Notes under the pieces: generated by a model
The model's database searches: none
What the model was told of the DNA's origin: nothing
What the model saw: only the letters and a program-made list of their open reading frames with translations
Shown here: positions 58,013 to 64,000 of the stretch, in pieces
Layout: each line of letters opens with the position of its first letter
Position numbering within the stretch: the stretch's first letter is position 1
Program-made: the position numbers and the translations under genes
Source of the DNA: a virus
Taxonomy: Duplodnaviria; Caudoviricetes
Reading direction: 5' to 3' (one strand)
Virus record (IMG/VR): IMGVR_UViG_3300003155_000119
Span: 32,001-96,000 of that record
DNA: 64,000 bases

Positions 58013-59236
58013 TTAATTACTTAGATATTCATCTTTAATTTCGTCTACTATTGTTTTAATTAACTCTACCTGTTCGGGAGTTGAGTCAGAAACTTTCTTA
58101 CCTTTTCCAAGGATTTTATTTACAATAGCAGTAATTCTTGGCCCATAATATTCTTTGTCTTTCTGCATCAAAGTTGATACTATTTCATTGAAGTCTGCAA
58201 TCAGACTATCATAATTAAGAACTTCTGCTTTGACCGCAACATTTCTTTCGTCAGTGACGAATTTATTATCATTCATCTTGGCTTCTTTGTCTATTGCTTC
58301 GTTCACAGCATCTACTAATGCGGAATATGTAAAATCAATAACGGGAGGAATATACTTAAATCTACATCCAGTATCAATCGTTCCGTCTTGAGAGCGAAGA
58401 ACTAGTCTTACTTTAGGAGCTCCATCCTCTCCTTTATACTTTTGTGCATATCCGTATATATCCGCGGCATTCTTAGCAATATCATTAAAACTGCTTTGAC
58501 ACGAAGGCCCAATCTGAAGAATTTCCTCACCATTAACTTTTACAATGCGTTCCTTGTCATGTGAAATGAATACTAGTGCATAACCAAGTTGCGTTATTGC
58601 TCTGCACGTTTCCTCGAATTCGCGTTTCATTTGACTATAGCCGCCGCCATAGGGAACTTCTGCTATTTTTTCAACTGAGTTCTGAGCGCATATATATTTT
58701 TCACACAATGAGCCAGCAATATCGATAGTATCAATGATTACTGTTTTAAATCTTTCCTTGACCGCAGGCTTCTTCAAATCTCTTAGTACCGCTCTCATTT
58801 CGGACCAAGACGTAACATCTTGCGGGATTACCTTCGGAATTGCATTATATCCTACTTCAAACGCCAGCAGGATGGGGTCGGGGAATTGTGAAGCGAGTGT
58901 AGTTTTACCTACTTTCAATTTGTTATCCTAAAGGCTTTTTATCCTTTAGCTCTTATACTTCCTATTCGTATAAGTTCGGCATAGCTTTCACCCTATAATA
59001 TACAGGGGTGCAGTCTCTTGGATATATTATTTCAATATCTATGCTCTGCGCGTGTAATAATTAATTCTTACTTCCGCTCGGGTTAGCATCTCAGCTTTCC
59101 CGCTCTTACTGCATTTTAACTACCTAATTACTTAGATAGTGCCCAAAGTTTTAGGCCCACCATAAATGTAAACTATATACCCGCTCAAATCCCTACTAAC
59201 CTTATGAGGTTGTAGGGCTAATAAGTCAATCGCCAT
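58013..59236 (-). CDS. AAA/Sak4-like ATPase, spliced (exons 59236-59153 and 58915-58013), 328 aa
   Basis: RBS AAGGAGG. IYGGP|KVGKTT Walker A is restored by splicing. IIDT, FISH. Confidence 0.88.
58916..59152 (-). ncRNA. Group I intron 5 (237 nt, no ORF)
   Basis: Exon ends in T and the intron ends in G. Guide ACTTTGGGC pairs with GCCT|AAAGT. P7 variant GCAGAGCATA/AAGCTATGCC. Confidence 0.88.
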
Positions 59237-59253
59237 ATATTAGCCCCTCCTTA

Positions 59254-60204
59254 TTAAAAATCAAAACTAGTGTCCATCTTAGGCTGAATCTTTGGATTCA
59301 TAGAACTAGCTTTCCGAGCTTCGTATTCCTCCTTATCCCGACGAATACCAGCCAGCTTAACCTCTCTATCTTGAACCGCTTTCTTCAAATCGTCTGCGGT
59401 CATAATTGATTCATCACCAAATTCATACGGAACAGTAATCATACCAGTAATCAGCCATTCGCGCTGTTTATTTTCGTACGTCTGTACCTCAGGCTCACCA
59501 AACGCAGATTCAGTGACGCGTTCTGTCTTAATTGTCATGCAATTAATACGACCCCAAACATTCGTATAAGTAGGATTGCTCACACTAGCATCCATGTCCT
59601 CAAAACACGCCATTCCCTGCTCATTACGGCAGACGAAAGTGACGGGAAGCAATTCGTTCTTGAAGTTAAAGACAGCTCCGCCTACACGAACAAAATCTTT
59701 GTCAATGTTCTTTTCAGGATCCGCTTCTACCCTATTAACTTTATTAATCAGCATATCCATACTGAAAGTATTTCTCTTTTTCGGCTCAGGAAGAGAACCA
59801 TTAATCATGTTCAAGAAACCGCCATCAATGCGAATCGCTGAAACGACTTCGTTTGTACGATTAGAAATGAATTCATTCAATTCGAGTGCGCCACTGACAG
59901 AAACCTTAAACGCGTTCTCCTTGCCGCCCATAATCCAAGTCTTATCTGGATTCTGGATAATCTGCTTTAGATTATTAAAAGTATCTTTCTTCTTATCAGC
60001 AGTTACATACATAAAATGGACAGTAATGACATTCATTCCATCTTCATCAACCGCAATATCAAGATTACCAGAAATGAACTCTTTACCATAATTTGCAGAG
60101 TTTGCGTTCTGCACAGTTTTAACACTCAAACCAATTCGCGGGTCTTGATTATTCTGATACACATAACCAGCAATTTTTACTTCGTTCTTACTTCTCTTTT
60201 TCAT
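59254..60204 (-). CDS. Putative single-stranded DNA-binding protein
   Basis: Two beta-rich OB-like halves and an acidic/aromatic tail (DTSFDF). Lies next to the ATPase. Confidence 0.65.
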   Translation of the reverse strand: MKKRSKNEVKIAGYVYQNNQDPRIGLSVKTVQNANSANYGKEFISGNLDIAVDEDGMNVITVHFMYVTADKKKDTFNNLKQIIQNPDKTWIMGGKENAFKVSVSGALELNEFISNRTNEVVSAIRIDGGFLNMINGSLPEPKKRNTFSMDMLINKVNRVEADPEKNIDKDFVRVGGAVFNFKNELLPVTFVCRNEQGMACFEDMDASVSNPTYTNVWGRINCMTIKTERVTESAFGEPEVQTYENKQREWLITGMITVPYEFGDESIMTADDLKKAVQDREVKLAGIRRDKEEYEARKASSMNPKIQPKMDTSFDF

Positions 60205-60292
60205 ATATTCCTATTTTCTCCTTTATAAAAACATTCTATTCTTTATCATTATCATTACTGTAATTATATTATAACATAATTTTTCTTAATAA

Positions 60293-60967
60293 TCATTTTT
60301 CTCTTGGCGGCTTGCGACAACTCTTTTTATTCTCAGGACAATAGCCAAATATCTCACATTTTGGAACGAAATATTCATCAACAATAGTAGCCCATTCTGT
60401 AGAATAATTAGCTAAGGCCGCCTTTATATCCTCCATCAGTTCCCTGTATTCCCAGTACGCCCTGGCGCACATTCTTTGATGACTCATATCAATAAGATTG
60501 CGCAGATTAGTTCTTACTACTACTTTTGTCGTCATATTAAGCGGTAAGATACCAGACGCGTCTTCATTTTTAATACCTAGCTTTTGCAATCTATCATACG
60601 CATCCAAAATATCTTGCATGACTGCGTCATATGTTCTACAAGCTTCCTCATTATTAACAATAGAATAAGGTGTGATGTAATCAAAATTTTTATAATTAAT
60701 GTACCTCGTTGAACTCTGCAAACGAGTCGGCATCCCGCCTATATGAGTGTAAAATTCTCTAATAACTTTCGCGGAATAACCATCTAAAATCATATAAACT
60801 TGCGGAATTTCAAGAACGCGGCCGTGATTATTTTGTAGACACTCAATCCCACGATTATAGTTTTTAGCATCTGAACTAATATTAGACCCATAACAAATTC
60901 CGGCATAGTAGCCCATTTGAGTAATAGGATTAGTCATTGTATCTACTTGAATTCGTACTTGCCCCAT
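60293..60967 (-). CDS. thyX: Flavin-dependent thymidylate synthase
   Basis: HGRVLE, RLQSSTRY, EDA..ILP, NLRNL, QRMC.RA.WE.R. Confidence 0.88.
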   Translation of the reverse strand: MGQVRIQVDTMTNPITQMGYYAGICYGSNISSDAKNYNRGIECLQNNHGRVLEIPQVYMILDGYSAKVIREFYTHIGGMPTRLQSSTRYINYKNFDYITPYSIVNNEEACRTYDAVMQDILDAYDRLQKLGIKNEDASGILPLNMTTKVVVRTNLRNLIDMSHQRMCARAYWEYRELMEDIKAALANYSTEWATIVDEYFVPKCEIFGYCPENKKSCRKPPREK

Positions 60968-61915
60968 TTAGCTTCCTCCTTGTGTCATGTTGTAACCAAA
61001 TTTATCTGTTTGATAAAGTAATATATAAAATTTTTCTCTTTCGTTTAATTGCTCTTTAGAACACTGTTCTATCAATTCAAAAGCAAAATTCCAAACACCA
61101 TATTTTTGCATTGAGTTATAGAGTATATTGGTATGCGAAGCATCTATTCCTAGACCGCATTTTATATGTTGCTTTATTCGGTCTTGAATATTAACACTTT
61201 GGCCTATATAAGACTGTTTTGTTGACAGATTGGTTATCTTATAAATGCCGCAGACAATAGCAGAGCCATAGATTCTATTACATAGTTCTGTTGTATTCCT
61301 TTGAAAGTATTCGCTCCATATCAATTTACTTATTGCTCGCTCATTCCTAAAAGAAGGTCTTAACTCCAATAATCTCTTTACATCAGCTAAATCTTGTTCA
61401 GAAATAGTTAATTTATAAAACTCTTCTTTTTCTTCTATTTCTCTTTCTCTTAACTGTGCGGCCTTAGCTGCGGCGAGTTTTTGACTAATATCTTTGATAT
61501 TTGATTCTAGTCCAGACTGTTTTTGAGCTAGAGCCGCGCATTCATTTTCAAGTTGTTCTTTCTTTTGTTCATACTCTTTATCTAAATTATTATAGTTTGC
61601 TGTTGCTAAATTTATTGAATCAGTTAATTGTCCTAATTCTTCTTCTTTCTTTTCTAACTGCTCCAGTATCTCGTTATAACTATTTTCGTTCTTCTCTATT
61701 AATTCTATATATGTCTCAGAATTCTTTTTTAACTTTTCGTTTATTTGTTCTATTGATTTTTTTCTAATATTTGCTTTATCTATTTCTTCTTGAACAGAAT
61801 TATACGATTTTTTTATATTAGAAAAAGTGATTGATTGTGACCATAGATATAGTAAATAGATTGAAACAAAAACACAATAAGTAAAAATAAATCCAAATAT
61901 TATTGCCTAGCGCAT
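60968..61915 (-). CDS. Membrane-anchored coiled-coil GIY-YIG nuclease, 315 aa (TAG at codon 3)
   Basis: RBS AAGGTGG, then ATG CGC TAG, a hydrophobic helix, a coiled coil and GIYKITN...YIGQS. No other stop in frame. Confidence 0.8.
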
Positions 61916-61972
61916 ATCATACCACCTTATTTTATTTATAAAAAAAGCAAGGCTTTCACCTTGCTAAACATT

Positions 61973-62284
61973 TTATTGCTCGTCTTCGTCAGCAGGAGCA
62001 CAAGCTGCTTCAATATCGAAGTCTCGTCCCGCATCAGTCAGCCGAATCAATTTAATGGGACGATGCAACCCAGTATCAGGGTCAACAGCCTCAGCGGGAA
62101 TTCGCTCCATCAAAGGCTCAGGATTCTTATTTGCATCCTTGTGGCGGCAGAAAGACTGAGTTACGATACCATTAACACTCTTAAGGGGAATACCAGTCTC
62201 ATTTGCAATGTCTTGAGCAGTAATATTCTCGCCGTCATGAGCCTTTACACACATATAAACCATCTTAGAAGTTTCTTTCATCAT
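61973..62284 (-). CDS. Winged-helix DNA-binding protein
   Basis: ITAQDIANETGIPLKSVNGIV...IRLTDAG. Confidence 0.7.
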   Translation of the reverse strand: MMKETSKMVYMCVKAHDGENITAQDIANETGIPLKSVNGIVTQSFCRHKDANKNPEPLMERIPAEAVDPDTGLHRPIKLIRLTDAGRDFDIEAACAPADEDEQ

Positions 62285-62286
62285 AA

Positions 62287-62472
62287 TTAATAATCTCCTT
62301 TTTTCTTTTCGATAATTTTATCTATATAATTATAAATTTCAAACATTTCTCTTGGAGTCAAGTCTTTCATTAAGTCAGCCATTATTTCTTGTTTCTTTCT
62401 CTCTGAAAGATTTTCATCCAACTCGTATTCAGCAATTTTACTTGCCAGATTTTTTATTTCTTTCTTTTTCAT
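62287..62472 (-). CDS. Hypothetical protein
   Basis: Track ORF directly downstream of a promoter. Confidence 0.65.
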   Translation of the reverse strand: MKKKEIKNLASKIAEYELDENLSERKKQEIMADLMKDLTPREMFEIYNYIDKIIEKKKGDY

Positions 62473-62478
62473 GTCTTT

Positions 62479-62507
62479 ATTATACCATAAAAAAAATTAT
62501 AAATCAA
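62479..62507 (-). promoter_or_regulatory. SigmaA promoter, probably producing a leaderless mRNA
   Basis: TTGATT-N17-TATAAT, 6 nt, then ATG. Confidence 0.65.
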
Positions 62508-63999
62508 ATTTTTTCTTAAAGTCTTTTTCAGATAAAATAGGAATATTTGCTTTCTTCGCGGCCAGATTTTTTGCTGAAGTAGAATTTATATCATTATTAA
62601 TGAGGTAGCTAGTCTTTTTATTGATGGTCTCAACTACCCTGCCGCCATTCTCCTCAATGATGGATTTGAGTTCCGCTCTGTTCTTATACTCAGTCAATTT
62701 CCCAGTGATAACAAAAGTCAAACCATCTAAATGCGCCGAAAGTAGATTTTTTTCTGGTTTGGCCGCACTAAAAGTAATCAACTCTGCAATTTTATCTGCC
62801 TCTTGATAATCAAAATTCATTATCTCATATGCTTTACTTAAACCAAAATTTGGGATTTGAGTGAAATCATAATTGTTATTAATTGCGTCTCTAAAGCTCT
62901 CATAGCTACTAAAATACTTTGCAATGTCTTTAGCTACGTTCTGACCAATAAGCGGGATACCAATAGCAGAAATGAATTTATTTAACTCACAACTTTCTTT
63001 GCTTTTGTCTATTGCGGCAAGAATTTTATCTACTGACCGCGGTCCAAAGCCTTCCTTCTTTATCCATTCGTCTCTATGCTGTTCAAGGTTAAATATATCA
63101 ATCGCAGAACTAATCCAGCCATAATTAATTAGCTTCTCTAAGGTAGCTCGTGAAAGTCCTTTAATATCTAGTCCCTTCTTGCCTGCAAAATGGTCCAGCC
63201 GCACAACAAGATTAGACTCGCATTCTGAGTTATTGCAATATAATACGATTGACCCATTCTCATTTTTTTGAGTTAGCTTCGCTCCGCAATAAGGACAAAT
63301 TTCAGGAATTTCAAAGTATTCAACTCGAACAGTTGGTTCGCTTTTGTCTGCGGAGTAAATTTGAGGGATAATCATATTAGACCTATACACTTCGATAAGC
63401 TGGCCTTGGTATGGCTTATCACCAAGTAGTTCATTCATAATACTAATATTATGTAGATTAGCTCTTGATACTACTGCGCCCTCAATTTCAATCGGTTCAA
63501 AAACGGCAACTGGAGTTAACGTACCAAGTCTACCCATAGTCCACTCGATATCGAATAGTCTACTTGAATAAATTTCATCGTAAAACTTAAAAGCTAATGC
63601 TCCACGAGGATGATGTGCAGTATTACCAAGAGAAGCTGAATATTCTTCATCATCGTATCTGACTACTACACCATCAATAGGAATAGAATAATATGCAGCC
63701 CAAGACTTAATTATCTCAATACCGTCCTCTAAAGATTTCGTTTTATCAGGGATAATTGCGGTTTCATAAAATCCATTAAGGAACAGATGATGCAAATTTG
63801 CATTAAAGGAACTAGTCTTAAAATCACTTTTAATAAGCGCCCAAGCCCAGAATTCTAGTCCTCTTTTCTCGCATTCCTTCGAATCCAGAAGCCGGATACT
63901 ACCTGCGGTAAAGTTGCGTGCATTACTATACTGGTCTGCAAAGTTATTCTCAAATACATTTTGGCGACAAAGGATTTCGCCATCAATAATTACTTCTTC
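62497..63999 (-). CDS. ligA: NAD-dependent DNA ligase, 5'-truncated
   Basis: IDGEI, NARNFTAGS, IDGVV, AFKF, TPVA, RANLHN, zinc finger, HhH and BRCT (FVITG). Frame open to the window edge. Confidence 0.95.
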   Translation of the reverse strand, partial: EEVIIDGEILCRQNVFENNFADQYSNARNFTAGSIRLLDSKECEKRGLEFWAWALIKSDFKTSSFNANLHHLFLNGFYETAIIPDKTKSLEDGIEIIKSWAAYYSIPIDGVVVRYDDEEYSASLGNTAHHPRGALAFKFYDEIYSSRLFDIEWTMGRLGTLTPVAVFEPIEIEGAVVSRANLHNISIMNELLGDKPYQGQLIEVYRSNMIIPQIYSADKSEPTVRVEYFEIPEICPYCGAKLTQKNENGSIVLYCNNSECESNLVVRLDHFAGKKGLDIKGLSRATLEKLINYGWISSAIDIFNLEQHRDEWIKKEGFGPRSVDKILAAIDKSKESCELNKFISAIGIPLIGQNVAKDIAKYFSSYESFRDAINNNYDFTQIPNFGLSKAYEIMNFDYQEADKIAELITFSAAKPEKNLLSAHLDGLTFVITGKLTEYKNRAELKSIIEENGGRVVETINKKTSYLINNDINSTSAKNLAAKKANIPILSEKDFKKKFDL

Positions 64000-64000
64000 A

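Noticed and set aside
37653-62806. Plus-strand ORFs in the track within the replication arm (e.g. 40709, 46296, 54847, 59576, 61961)
   Set aside because: Antisense shadows of well-identified minus-strand genes.
1-64000. Suppressor tRNA(CUA), other tRNAs or a CRISPR array
   Set aside because: No cloverleaf or regularly spaced repeat-spacer pattern was recognised by eye. tRNAscan-SE and a CRISPR finder would be decisive.

Overview
AT-rich segment of a large tailed dsDNA phage, probably a siphovirus of a Firmicutes (clostridial-type) host. The ORF track fragments the + strand because this phage reads TAG as a sense codon, most likely Gln (genetic code 15). With TAG read through, 1-37507 (+) becomes a compact late arm. 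It holds head-tail/tail genes, a major tail tube gene split by FOUR group I introns (two encoding HNH homing endonucleases), a ~2921-aa tape measure protein, tail/baseplate/adhesin genes, a holin-like gene, and a six-gene cassette of unknown function ending in a HExxH peptidase. 37541-64000 (-) is a convergent replication/nucleotide-metabolism arm: RuvC-like resolvase, dUTPase, NrdDG, EcoRI-family MTase, GMK, DnaE, RecD/Dda-like helicase and DnaB (each with a class 3 intein), RecJ, primase, an AAA ATPase with a fifth group I intron, SSB, ThyX and NAD ligase. This arm is almost TAG-free, and five of its six TAG-containing genes encode nucleases. Other signals: a non-canonical splice junction in intron 3, GCCGC over-representation, GATC avoidance linked to GAT-TAG codon pairs, a candidate phage late promoter, and NrdR-like boxes. 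No tRNA, CRISPR array or reverse transcriptase was seen. Everything was read by eye and no database searches were run. Read-through of the longest ORFs was checked by frame continuity of the ORF-track fragments plus spot reading, not every codon. (Q) marks an in-frame TAG.
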